Source of the DNA: Myxococcota bacterium
Lineage (GTDB): Bacteria; Myxococcota_A; UBA796; SXON01
Assembly: GCA_040386535.1 (NCBI GenBank)
Contig: JAZKFH010000023.1
Coordinates: forward strand, 32,001 to 96,000
DNA: 64,000 nt
Direction: 5' to 3'
Shown in pieces: positions 1 through 8,773 of the stretch. Positions within the stretch are counted from its first letter, which is position 1, and each line of letters starts with the position of its first letter. A program made the translations under genes and the position numbers. Below the pieces are notes generated by a model. The model was not told where the DNA came from. It made no database searches and worked only from the letters and a program-made list of their open reading frames with translations.

Positions 1-677
1 TACCAGCGCGTGGTGGCGGCGAGGTAGACGTTGAGGACGCCGCGGTCCGGGTAGGAGAGGCGCTCCACGCCGAACGCCTTCATCTGGAACGCGTTGGTGC
101 ACACGATGACCGACGGCGTGATCCGCCACTCGGGGCGAGCGCCCTGGCTCGCGAGGCCCACGCGGAGGATGGGGAGGCGGCCGAGCACACGGACGATCGC
201 CAGGAGCATCGCGACGAACTTCCGCCGCCCGCTCTGCTGTTCCTCCTCCCGGCGCTGGACCATCGTCGGATGGAACCCGATGCCGGTGAAGTTTAGGAAC
301 AACCGCCCGTTTACCTCCGCCACGTCGATGTCCGACGGCGCGGCGGTCGCCAGCGCGGCGGCCGCCTCGTCGATCTCCAGCGGGATGCCGAGCTCGCGCG
401 CGAAGTGGTTGTAGGTGCCGAGCGGCAGCACGCCGAAGGGCATCGAGGTGCCGGCGAGGGCCGCCGCGACGGTGTTGAGGGTGCCGTCTCCGCCGCAGCC
501 CACGATGGCGTCGAACGGTTCGTTCGTGGCGGCGCGCGCGGTGGCTCCGAGGGCGTCGGCGTCGACGGCGCGCACGTCGGCGGTGACCCCGTGCCGCGCG
601 AATGCGGCGACGATGCGCTCGGGCGCGTCGTCTGTCGCCGATCCGGCGGCGCGGTTGAGCAGTACGAGCATGTTCAT
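1..677 (-). CDS. Diacylglycerol kinase/YegS-family lipid kinase (3' end runs off the window)
   Basis: Manual translation of the minus strand from ATG 677: MNMLVLLNRAAGS...IVGCGGDGTLNTVA...GVLPLGTYNHFARELGIP...IDVAEVNGRLFLNFTGIG. GGDGT and PLGTxNxFAR are DAGK motifs. Not in the ORF track because it is truncated. Confidence 0.88.
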   Translation of the reverse strand, partial: MNMLVLLNRAAGSATDDAPERIVAAFARHGVTADVRAVDADALGATARAATNEPFDAIVGCGGDGTLNTVAAALAGTSMPFGVLPLGTYNHFARELGIPLEIDEAAAALATAAPSDIDVAEVNGRLFLNFTGIGFHPTMVQRREEEQQSGRRKFVAMLLAIVRVLGRLPILRVGLASQGARPEWRITPSVIVCTNAFQMKAFGVERLSYPDRGVLNVYLAATTRW

Positions 678-773
678 GCACGATGTGTAATCGCCAAACG
701 ACGGAGACAGGTGAATCAGTCGGCGGACATATTCTGGCGTATCCCCCGGATAGGGTGTGGGGAGGAGCTCTCC

Positions 774-1879
774 ATGGCCGGTTTCGAGGTTGACGCGGGG
801 ACGTTGCGGCAGGGGTTGGCGCGGCTGGCGAAGGTGGCGGGCACCAGCGCCGGCGCGGCGGGGTGGTCGTTCGGGGCCGAGGGGGTCGTGGTCACCTGGG
901 GGCCGGGCACCTTCACGGTGGCCGCCCCGGATCCCCGGCTGACGGGGGAGATGAACGGCGGGGAGGAGGAGGGCCACGCCCACGTCTCCGCGTCAGACAT
1001 GCGTCGCCTCGTGCGCGCGCTCCCACGCGCCGGGGTGCTCGGAGTGGGCCTCGTGGAGGGGCGGCTCCACCTCGGCGCCTTCTCCCTCTCGGTCGATGAT
1101 CGGACGTCGTTCCGCCGGGCCCGAACGGACGCAGCCGCGGTCGCCGAGGCCTTCGTCGCGCGGGTATCGCCCCCCCGCCTCGCCGCCGCCCGCATCCTGC
1201 TCGCCGAGATCCCCCGGCCCGAGCTGCCCCTCCACGGGTTCCTCGACACGTCGCCCGATGGCTTCGGCCCGGCCAAGCGGGCCATCCGGCTCGCCGTGCG
1301 CGCGATCCTCGCCCTGCTCGGCGTCGATCCCGGGCCGCGCGTGGCGGATGATGCGCTCCTCGCCACGTTGGCGGCCGAGGGCATCCAGGCCCATCTGCGC
1401 GGGCTCCTGGCGGACGCGTTGGCGATCGGCCTCGTGCCCTCACGCCGCTCATCCGACCCTCGGGTGCTCCCGGCCGCCCGCTTCGTGGCGGTCGAGGTCG
1501 CCATGGCGTCCACCCGCGCGGTCGAGCGGATGTTCCTCGGCACGGGTTCTTGTGGTCCGCGGGCACGCTCGATGATGGGGACGCCTTGTTCCTCGAGGCG
1601 TGGGGCCCCCTCGGCCTCGTGTGGCACCCCCTGGCGGAGGGCGCCTTCGTGCAGGACGCCCGGGATGCGCTCGGCGCGCGCGGGGTCCGGTACGCGGGCG
1701 CCGATCCGCTGAGGGCCGCGCTCCGCCTCCGGCTGTCGGCCGCGGGGGGCGGGGAGCGCCTCGTGGAGGAGGTCCACGCGCTGCTCTACGACGCGGTCGA
1801 CAACGCCTGGGCCGAGCCGACGGCGCCGCGGGTGGAGGTGCTACGCCGCACCGTGGCCGACATGGCGCCCACCCCTTGA
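774..1879 (+). pseudogene. Hypothetical protein, N-terminus resembling one DNA pol III beta-clamp domain; apparent frameshift near 1525
   Basis: GGAGGAG RBS before ATG 774. The frame reads as coding to about 1525, then coding-like sequence continues in the 1550..1879 frame (ADVPRHGFLWSAG..., echoing the earlier PELPLHGFLDTS). Could be a sequencing error or two genes. Confidence 0.45.
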
Positions 1880-1925
1880 CGGCGCATCATCGCAGGGGCA
1901 TGTTCGCGCGCCTCCCGAGGCATCC

Positions 1926-3017
1926 TTGACCGTACGTCGCACCCCGTTTCACGCCTTCCACAAAGAGGCGGGCGCCCGCATGATCGACTTCGGCGGGTGG
2001 GACATGCCGGTGCAGTACACCGGCATCATCGAGGAGCACCTCGCCACGCGCGCCCGGGTCGGCCTGTTCGACGTGTCGCACATGGGAGAGGTCCGCTTCC
2101 GCGGCCCCCACGCGATGGCCGCCGTCCAGCACCTCGTCACGAACGACGTGACCAAGCTGGTCGACGGGCAGGCGATGTACACCGCGATGTGCAACGAGCG
2201 CGGCGGCATCGTGGACGACCTGATCGTCTACCGCTTCGGTGACGAGGAGATCCTCATCTGCGTCAACGCCGCCAACCGCGCCAAGGACTACGCGTGGATG
2301 GTGTCGCACAACCCGTTCGGCGCGGAGATCAGCAACGAGTCCGACCAGTGGGGCCAGCTCGCCATCCAGGGTCGGCACGCCGAGGCCCTGATCCAGACGC
2401 TCACGCCCGTGCAGCTCGCCGCGATCAAGAACTACTGGTTCGCCGTCGGCACGGTCGCGGGCATCGAGGGCTGCATCCTCGCGCGCACCGGGTACACCGG
2501 TGAGGACGGCTTCGAGATCTTCCTCCCCGCGGGCGCCGCGGACGTGTTGTGGAACGCCGTGCAGACCGCGGGCGCCCCCTTCGGGCTCGCCAACATCGGC
2601 CTCGGCGCGCGCGACACGCTGCGCCTGGAGATGAAGTACAGCCTCTACGGCAACGACATCACCGACGACACGACCCCGCTCGAGGCGGGCCTGGGCTGGG
2701 TCACCAAGCTCGAGAAGGGTGACTTCGTCGGTCGCGACCCCCTCGTGAAGCAGCGGGACGCGGGCGTGCCCCGCCGCCTCGTGGGCCTCGTGGTCGACGG
2801 GCGGATCGCCCGCCCCCACAACACGATCGTGCACAACGACCAGGTCGTGGGCGAGGTCACCTCCGGCAGCCGCGGGCCGAGCATCGAGCAGAACGTCGCC
2901 ATCGCCTACGTGCCCGCCGCCCTCGCGAAGATCGGCACCAAGGTCCAGGTGGACGTGCGCGGCAAGCTCGCCGACGCCACCGTCTCGAAGACCCCGTTCT
3001 ACACCCGTCCCTACTGA
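1926..3017 (+). CDS. gcvT: Glycine cleavage system aminomethyltransferase T
   Basis: RRTPFH...MIDFGGWDMPVQY, GLFDVSHMGE, ARTGYTGEDGFEI, GLGARDTLRLE motifs; 363 aa; TTG start. Confidence 0.97.
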   Translation: MTVRRTPFHAFHKEAGARMIDFGGWDMPVQYTGIIEEHLATRARVGLFDVSHMGEVRFRGPHAMAAVQHLVTNDVTKLVDGQAMYTAMCNERGGIVDDLIVYRFGDEEILICVNAANRAKDYAWMVSHNPFGAEISNESDQWGQLAIQGRHAEALIQTLTPVQLAAIKNYWFAVGTVAGIEGCILARTGYTGEDGFEIFLPAGAADVLWNAVQTAGAPFGLANIGLGARDTLRLEMKYSLYGNDITDDTTPLEAGLGWVTKLEKGDFVGRDPLVKQRDAGVPRRLVGLVVDGRIARPHNTIVHNDQVVGEVTSGSRGPSIEQNVAIAYVPAALAKIGTKVQVDVRGKLADATVSKTPFYTRPY

Positions 3018-3039
3018 CCCACCGACCGAGGCCACCGCC

Positions 3040-3420
3040 ATGAGCAGCATCCCCGAGAACCTCCGCTACACCGAGTCCCACGAGTGGGTGCGCCTCGAGG
3101 GCGACATCGCCACCGTCGGCATCACCCACCACGCGCAGGACGCCCTGGGCGACATCGTGCACGTCGAGCTCCCCGCCGTCGGCAAGGCCGTCAAGAAGGG
3201 CGCCGGCGCCGCCGAGGTCGAGTCCGTCAAGGCGGTGAGCGACATCTACGCCCCCGTGACCGGCACCGTCACCGAGGTGAACGGCACGTTGGACGGGAAC
3301 GAGTCCCTCGTCAACCAGGACCCGCACGGCGGCGGCTGGCTGTTCAAGGTCAAGGTCACGGACCCCGCCGAGGTCGCCGGCCTGCTCGACGCGGCGGCGT
3401 ACGCGGCGACCCTGCACTAG
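3040..3420 (+). CDS. gcvH: Glycine cleavage system H protein
   Basis: LRYTESHEWVR, VGITHHAQDALGDIVHVELP, lipoyl-Lys motif VESVKAVSDIYAP, VNQDPHGGGWL. Confidence 0.97.
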   Translation: MSSIPENLRYTESHEWVRLEGDIATVGITHHAQDALGDIVHVELPAVGKAVKKGAGAAEVESVKAVSDIYAPVTGTVTEVNGTLDGNESLVNQDPHGGGWLFKVKVTDPAEVAGLLDAAAYAATLH

Positions 3421-3441
3421 CTCCCCCACGGAGGCCGTCCG

Positions 3442-4884
3442 CTACCCGGCCGCCTCCGTCGTCTCCGCCTCCGCCCTCGCCAGGTCCTCGACCAGTCCGG
3501 TGAACAAGGCGCCGCCGGTGTCTCCGGCGCGCAGGATGGCGCTCGGGTGCCACGTGACCAGCACCCGGGTCGCCTGCGGGCCCGGCCACACGGCCCCGCG
3601 CGCCCGCCCGACCGCAACCTGCCGGCCCAGCAGGGAGTGGGCGGCTGTGGCCCCGAGGCAGACCACCACGCGCGGCGCCACCACGCGCAGCTCGCGCTCG
3701 AGCCAGCCCCGGCACGCCTCCACGTGCTGGCCACCGGGCCGCTTGTGCAGCCGCGCCTTGCCGACCCGCTCGTGGTTGAAGTGTTTCACCGCGTTGGTCA
3801 CGTAGACCGCAGCGCGGTCGATGCCCGCGGCGGCGAGCGCGTCGTCCAGCACGCGCCCCGCGGGCCCGATGAAGGGGCGCCCCGCGTGATCCTCCTCGTC
3901 GCCGGGCTGCTCGCCGACGAGCATCAATCGCGCGTCGCCCGGGCCCTCGCCGAACACGGTCTGGGTCGCGATGTCGCAGAGCGTGCACGCGCGGCATCCC
4001 CGCGCCGCTGCCGCGAGCGAGGCGAGGTCGGTCGCGCTCCCGGCCCACGCCCCGGCGTCCTTCGGCGCGAGCCCGGCCATCGCCGCCACCCGCGCCGGCG
4101 CCTCGGCAAGGAGCCGCGGGATCAGCCTCGTCTCGGGCAAGGTGGGCCAGTGGCGGGAGGGCAGCTCGGCCTTCATGCGGCGCTCCTTGACGCGCGCGGG
4201 GTTGAACGTGGCCGCGTAGTAGGTGCACCAGAGGTCCTGCATCGCGTCCGCGGGCGGCGCCTCTTCGCGCGGCACCGGCGGGCCGTAGCGCACCTTTCCG
4301 AGCAAGGACTGGCCGTCGTACCAGGCGCAACCACGCGGCCCGAGGATCGACCAGCGCATCGCCCCGAAGCGCCGCGCGAAGAAGGGGGCCGCCTCCTCCA
4401 CGATCCAGTGGTCCGGCCGGTGCCACGCGACGAAGGCCTCGCCGGCCGGCGCGGTCGGGTCGTCCACGCGCACGAAGCGCACGAACGCGTGCATCTTGTG
4501 CACGTCCCGACGCACCGCGTGCTCCCAGCGCTGCAGGGCGTGCACGTCGTCGTCGACCGCGACCGAGAGCAGCTCCGGCTCGCCGTGCGTCAGGCGCCAC
4601 ACGATCCGGTAGAGCACACGCCAGCGCGCCGGGTCGTCGAAGCACGCGGCGACGCGGGCGCGGTCGAGGAACGCGCGCGGGACCCGCGGCGCCGGGCCGA
4701 GGGGGGAGGGGAGCGCGGGCGCCGAGGGAGTCGCGAGCGGGGGCGCGAACAGGCCCGTGAGCGCGCCCTGAGCCTCGCCCTGGGGCATCCAGGCGACCTC
4801 GTCAGGGGGCACGCCGCGCGCGAGCAGGTCCCGCGCGGCATCCCGCCACGCATCGAAGCGCGGGGCGAACGGCACCGCGATCAT
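3442..4884 (-). CDS. DUF4130 (TIGR03915-like) domain fused to a UdgX-type uracil-DNA glycosylase/binding domain
   Basis: N-terminal VRRDVHKMHAFVRF / PFFARRF / YYAATFNPAR (DUF4130-like). C-terminal Fe-S cysteines CRACTLC...EAC, motif A GEQPG, R-loop-like GKARLHKRP, motif B TWHPSAILR. Confidence 0.9.
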   Translation of the reverse strand: MIAVPFAPRFDAWRDAARDLLARGVPPDEVAWMPQGEAQGALTGLFAPPLATPSAPALPSPLGPAPRVPRAFLDRARVAACFDDPARWRVLYRIVWRLTHGEPELLSVAVDDDVHALQRWEHAVRRDVHKMHAFVRFVRVDDPTAPAGEAFVAWHRPDHWIVEEAAPFFARRFGAMRWSILGPRGCAWYDGQSLLGKVRYGPPVPREEAPPADAMQDLWCTYYAATFNPARVKERRMKAELPSRHWPTLPETRLIPRLLAEAPARVAAMAGLAPKDAGAWAGSATDLASLAAAARGCRACTLCDIATQTVFGEGPGDARLMLVGEQPGDEEDHAGRPFIGPAGRVLDDALAAAGIDRAAVYVTNAVKHFNHERVGKARLHKRPGGQHVEACRGWLERELRVVAPRVVVCLGATAAHSLLGRQVAVGRARGAVWPGPQATRVLVTWHPSAILRAGDTGGALFTGLVEDLARAEAETTEAAG

Positions 4885-6092
4885 CGCCGCCCGAACAGCG
4901 GCAACTGGGTGGCCACCTTCTCCTCGAGATCGGCGCGGTCGAGCCAGCGGAGGCCGGGGTTGTAGTCGTCGGTCACGACGAATGGGCGCGCACGCCCGAG
5001 GGCGACCCTCAGCCGCGCGAGGTCAACCAGCGTGAGGCGCCGGTGCCGCCGGGTCTCGAGGATCCGGTCGACGCTGCGGACGCCCATGCCGGGCACGCGG
5101 AGGAGGCGTGGCCGCGACGCGGTGTTCACGTCGACCGGGAACCACGCGCGGTTGCGGAGCGCCCAGGCGAGCTTGGGATCGACGTCGAGGCGGAGCTGCG
5201 GCGCGGCCTCGTCCACGATCTCGTCCACGCCGAAGCCGTAGCGGCGCATCAACCAGTCGGCCTGGTACAGCCGGTGCTCGCGGACGAGGGGCGGCCCCGC
5301 CGCGGGCATCCCCGACGGGCTCTCGGGGATGGGGCTGTAGGCGGTGTAGTAGACCCGGCGCAGGCCGTGGGTGCGCGTCAGACGGTCGGCCGTGTGCAGC
5401 AGCGTCGCGTCGGTGGCGGGGGTGGCGCCGACGATGAGCTGGGTGCTCTGGCCCGCGGGGGCGAACGAGGTGCCCGGCCTGGGCGCGGCGGCGTGGTCGG
5501 CGATCGACGCCGCGATCGAGGCCATGGTCGCCTCCGTCTCGTCGATGCGCTTGGCGGGCGCCAACGCGTCGAGATCCGCCTGGGTCGGGAGCTCGATGTT
5601 GGCCGAGAGGCGGTCGGCGTACCGGCCGGCCTTGGCGAGGAGTGCGGCGGAGGCGCCGGGCGCCGCCTTGAGGTGGATGTAGCCGTGGAAATCGTACTTC
5701 GTGCGCAACAGCTCCGCGACCCGGGCGAGCTGCTCCATCGTCTCGTCCGGGCTGCCCACGATGCCGCTGGAGAGGAACAGCCCCTCGATGTAGTTGCGCT
5801 GGTAGAACGACACCGTGAGCGACGCCACCTCGTCGGGTGTGAAGCGCGCCCGGGGCGTGTTGCTCGACAGGCGGTTCACGCAGTACCGGCAGTCGTAGAT
5901 GCAGTGGTTGGTCAGCAGCACCTTGAGCAGGGAGACACAGCGCCCGTCGGGGGTGAAGCTGTGGCAGATGCCCATGCCCTCGACGTTTCCGAGCCCCGCC
6001 TCCGTGCGGCCGCGCTTCCCGCCGCTCGACGCACACGACGCGTCGTAGCGGGCCGCCTCGGCGAGGATGCGCAGCTTGTCGAGCGTGTCCAC
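4881..6092 (-). CDS. Putative DNA modification/repair radical SAM protein (TIGR03916-like) with C-terminal HhH
   Basis: ARYDASCASSG, GICHSFTPDGRCVSLLKVLLTN, CxxxCxxC (CIYDCRYC), REHRLYQADWLMR, DVNTAS..LLRVPGMG HhH. Overlaps the downstream UdgX fusion by 4 bp. Confidence 0.95.
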   Translation of the reverse strand: MDTLDKLRILAEAARYDASCASSGGKRGRTEAGLGNVEGMGICHSFTPDGRCVSLLKVLLTNHCIYDCRYCVNRLSSNTPRARFTPDEVASLTVSFYQRNYIEGLFLSSGIVGSPDETMEQLARVAELLRTKYDFHGYIHLKAAPGASAALLAKAGRYADRLSANIELPTQADLDALAPAKRIDETEATMASIAASIADHAAAPRPGTSFAPAGQSTQLIVGATPATDATLLHTADRLTRTHGLRRVYYTAYSPIPESPSGMPAAGPPLVREHRLYQADWLMRRYGFGVDEIVDEAAPQLRLDVDPKLAWALRNRAWFPVDVNTASRPRLLRVPGMGVRSVDRILETRRHRRLTLVDLARLRVALGRARPFVVTDDYNPGLRWLDRADLEEKVATQLPLFGRR

Positions 6093-6106
6093 GCTCCCCG
6101 CGTAAC

Positions 6107-6123
6107 CTGCTCACCTGTTCAGG
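6107..6123. promoter_or_regulatory. Candidate Myxococcus-type LexA (SOS) box
   Basis: CTGCTCACCTGTTCAGG matches the M. xanthus LexA consensus CTRHAMRYBYGTTCAGS (recalled from literature) at 16/17 positions. It lies 14 bp upstream of the radical SAM start. Confidence 0.6.
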
Positions 6124-6158
6124 CGCGAGCAGCGCCGGGGCAGTCTCCCGGAACGCCC

Positions 6159-7634
6159 CTACGCGCGCACCTCGTCGTAGCCGTGGATGACGAACGTGGT
6201 GCCCGGCGCGAGGAAGCCGCGGGCGACCATCTCGTCGAAGTCGCGCGGGTGGACGTGTTCGCAGCCGTGCGACCAGTCGAGCACGTCGAGCGCCGCGGCG
6301 GGATCGAGCAGCGCGTCGGTGTCGCGGAAGTAGGCGGCGGTGCCCTCCTGGTGCGGGGAGGAGTGGATCATGTGACCCTGGACGGTGCCCGTGCGCGTGC
6401 TCTTGAGCTGCCCGCGCAGGTGCCCGAAGTCGTTCAGACGCCACGTCTCGTAGACCTTGCCCTTGGTGTCGCGGTACGACGCCGCGGCGAGCGGCGGCGG
6501 GTTGCGCGTGGCGAAGGTGCCCTTGGGGCCGGTGGCGAAGCGCCAGGTGCCGTCGACGTCGCGGAAGCGCACCTCCCCGTCGACCTCCTCCAGCGGAGCG
6601 CCGTACGGCACGTAGGACCACGCCCACGAGTACGATGCATGGGGGCTGACCCGGATCACGGCGTAGGTCCCGGAGGGGGAGGGGCCGTAGTCGACGTTCG
6701 GGTTGTTCGGATCGTCGGCGAAGCGGTTCTGGCCGCCGACCATCCCGTACCGTTCGAGCTCGCGCCCGCCCTTCACCACGTACACCTTCCGCTCGTCGTT
6801 GCCCGGGTAGAAGTGGAGCTCGACATTGCCGCCGAGGCCGGCGCCCGCGCTCGGCCCGCTGACCCCCACCGCGGCGAGCCCGTGCGCCGCCAAGGCGTCC
6901 TCGATCGCGGCGAGGGTCGTGCGGTCGACGATGCCGCTCTCGGGCAGGTACAGGCGGTGTTGGAAGGCCTTCACCGCGGCCTCGGTGCCGGGGCCGAAGG
7001 CGCCGTCGGCCTCGACCCGCAGGGCGAGCTCGCCCCACTGGGCGCCGAGGCGGGCCAGCCCGGCCTGGATGGCCCGGTTGTCGTCCCGGTTCGTGCCGTT
7101 GCGCACGGCCACCACCTGGTCGGGGCGGATGCGGGCGCGGGGCGTCAGATCGAGCGGCTCGTGGCCCGCGGCGACGAGGCGCTCGTTGAGCCCGAGGAGC
7201 GTGGCGGTGTCGACCTGTCCGGTCTGGGGGAGGCCCGCCGCCGCCTGGAACCCCGCTACCAACGCGGCGGTGCCGCGCCCGTAGAGTCCGTCCGCCGCGG
7301 TGGGATGACCGAGGGCCGTGAGCGCGTCCTGGAGCGCGACCACCTCGGCGCGGGGCTGGTACATGTCGGGGGAGCCGCCGGAGGGCACGGCCGCGAGCAA
7401 CACGCGGCGGGGGAGCAGCGCGGCGCGACCGGCGACGAGATCGTCCACGAGGCGGCGCGCGGCGGGCTCGAGCAGATCGGTGTGTGGAGTGAGCGCGGAC
7501 CGCAGCTCCGTCAGCTCGTCCGCCGAGAGGCGCCCGTCGGCGCGCGCGGCCTGGAGGGCGAACAGGATGTCCTCGAGGTCGAGGTTGCCGTCTCCGACGA
7601 GCTGGGTGAGGCGGGACGTGATCGCGGTGGACAT
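6159..7634 (-). CDS. Peptidoglycan-binding domain protein with C-terminal L,D-transpeptidase (YkuD)-like domain
   Basis: Two PG_binding_1-like repeats (ADGLYGRGTAALVAGFQAAAGLPQTGQVD; ADGAFGPGTEAAVKAFQHRLYLPESGIVD) and a C-terminal MIH...SHGCEH catalytic-like motif. No signal peptide seen. Confidence 0.8.
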   Translation of the reverse strand: MSTAITSRLTQLVGDGNLDLEDILFALQAARADGRLSADELTELRSALTPHTDLLEPAARRLVDDLVAGRAALLPRRVLLAAVPSGGSPDMYQPRAEVVALQDALTALGHPTAADGLYGRGTAALVAGFQAAAGLPQTGQVDTATLLGLNERLVAAGHEPLDLTPRARIRPDQVVAVRNGTNRDDNRAIQAGLARLGAQWGELALRVEADGAFGPGTEAAVKAFQHRLYLPESGIVDRTTLAAIEDALAAHGLAAVGVSGPSAGAGLGGNVELHFYPGNDERKVYVVKGGRELERYGMVGGQNRFADDPNNPNVDYGPSPSGTYAVIRVSPHASYSWAWSYVPYGAPLEEVDGEVRFRDVDGTWRFATGPKGTFATRNPPPLAAASYRDTKGKVYETWRLNDFGHLRGQLKSTRTGTVQGHMIHSSPHQEGTAAYFRDTDALLDPAAALDVLDWSHGCEHVHPRDFDEMVARGFLAPGTTFVIHGYDEVRA

Positions 7635-7715
7635 CGGGAAGCTCCGTTCCCGGCGTTGTACCACGACGCAAGCCCATCCCTCGCGCCCGCGCGAGCCGCC
7701 CCTCTCGGAGGACGC

Positions 7716-8606
7716 CTACGCGGGCTGCAGGATGCCCTTGAGCTCGGCGGGCAGCACGTTGAGGACGTGCCGCATCTCGCCCGCGGACACACGCTCCCCC
7801 AGCACGTGCACCACGGCGCGCACGGCGGCCTCCGGCTCCACCTCCACGTCCCGCCCGAGGCGCGCCTCGACCGCCGCCAGCAGGCGCTCGCGGCTCTCCG
7901 CGCGCTCCATCCTTCCCGTCCATCCTTCGTAGTAGATGCCCCGCACGGCGAGGGGCAGCTCTGACGCGAGGTCCGCCACCTCGGCGGCGGGGAGCTGGTC
8001 ACGGAGCGTCGCGAGCACGGCGTGGAGGGCGTGCCACGCCTCGCGCGGGTCGTCCGACCCGAGGGCCAGCGCCGTGTCCCGCACCCACATCCGGGTCACC
8101 TGGAGCGTGGGGGTCAGCGGCAACAACCAGCGGCTCCCCAGCGTCGCGTCCAGCCGGTACTTGCTCTCCTGCTCGGAGGCGCGCCGGTGGCGCGACACCG
8201 CCTCGCCGAGCGGCGGCACCTCCGGCTGCACGTCGATCTCGGGCCCGGCATCCGGACCTTCGAGGTTCACGCTCGAAGCGGGGTCCGCGGGCTCGTGGCG
8301 TGCATCGGGAGAGCGCTCGGGCAGCGCCGTGGCCGGGCCCCCGGTGATGTCCCGCTCCTCCACGAACCCGCCGGGGCCGAGCGGATCGTGGCCCGCCGCC
8401 GCTTCCTCCTCCTCGTCCGCCCGGCGATCGGCGCTCTCGACCGCGCCGCCGGCCACCGGATACCGATCCTGGCGCTCGGGCGGAAACCCCCGGATGTTGC
8501 CGCTGTCCGGCGTCGCGCTCGCGTCGGGTGCGGGCGTGCCACTCTCCTTCCGGGGCCCCGCCGGCTGGCCCGGCTTCCGCTCGCCCTCATCCCCGTTGCG
8601 TGCCAT
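7716..8606 (-). CDS. DUF2267 domain protein with long acidic/disordered N-terminus
   Basis: C-terminal AWHALHAVLATLRDQLP..EVADLASELPLAVRGIYYEGW...VSAGEMRHVLNVLP is DUF2267-like. ATG 8606 follows GGAGGG. Confidence 0.75.
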   Translation of the reverse strand: MARNGDEGERKPGQPAGPRKESGTPAPDASATPDSGNIRGFPPERQDRYPVAGGAVESADRRADEEEEAAAGHDPLGPGGFVEERDITGGPATALPERSPDARHEPADPASSVNLEGPDAGPEIDVQPEVPPLGEAVSRHRRASEQESKYRLDATLGSRWLLPLTPTLQVTRMWVRDTALALGSDDPREAWHALHAVLATLRDQLPAAEVADLASELPLAVRGIYYEGWTGRMERAESRERLLAAVEARLGRDVEVEPEAAVRAVVHVLGERVSAGEMRHVLNVLPAELKGILQPA

Positions 8607-8773
8607 GCCGCCCTCCGCGTCGTCTCTTGGGGTAGCCACGCGGGCGGGACGGGCGGGTCGTGTTTCGTCGCGTCCGTTCCGACGAGGCCGTGGTGAGGAG
8701 GCCGCGGGGGAGGATGCCGCCTGAGGACGGCGGCGGGGTGTCACGGCGGCCGCGTCCAGGTTAGACGCCGGGG

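Noticed and set aside
1876..1925. Glycine riboswitch or promoter upstream of gcvT
   Set aside because: The gap is too short for a riboswitch; TTGACG-N17-CATGTT is only a weak promoter match.
5023..7964. Very long alternative-frame ORFs (e.g. 5023..7923, 5043..7964; also 15302..18895, 22912..25359, 37403..40597)
   Set aside because: They are Arg/Gly/Pro-rich shadow or antisense frames of genes with clear motifs, as expected from stop-codon scarcity at high GC.
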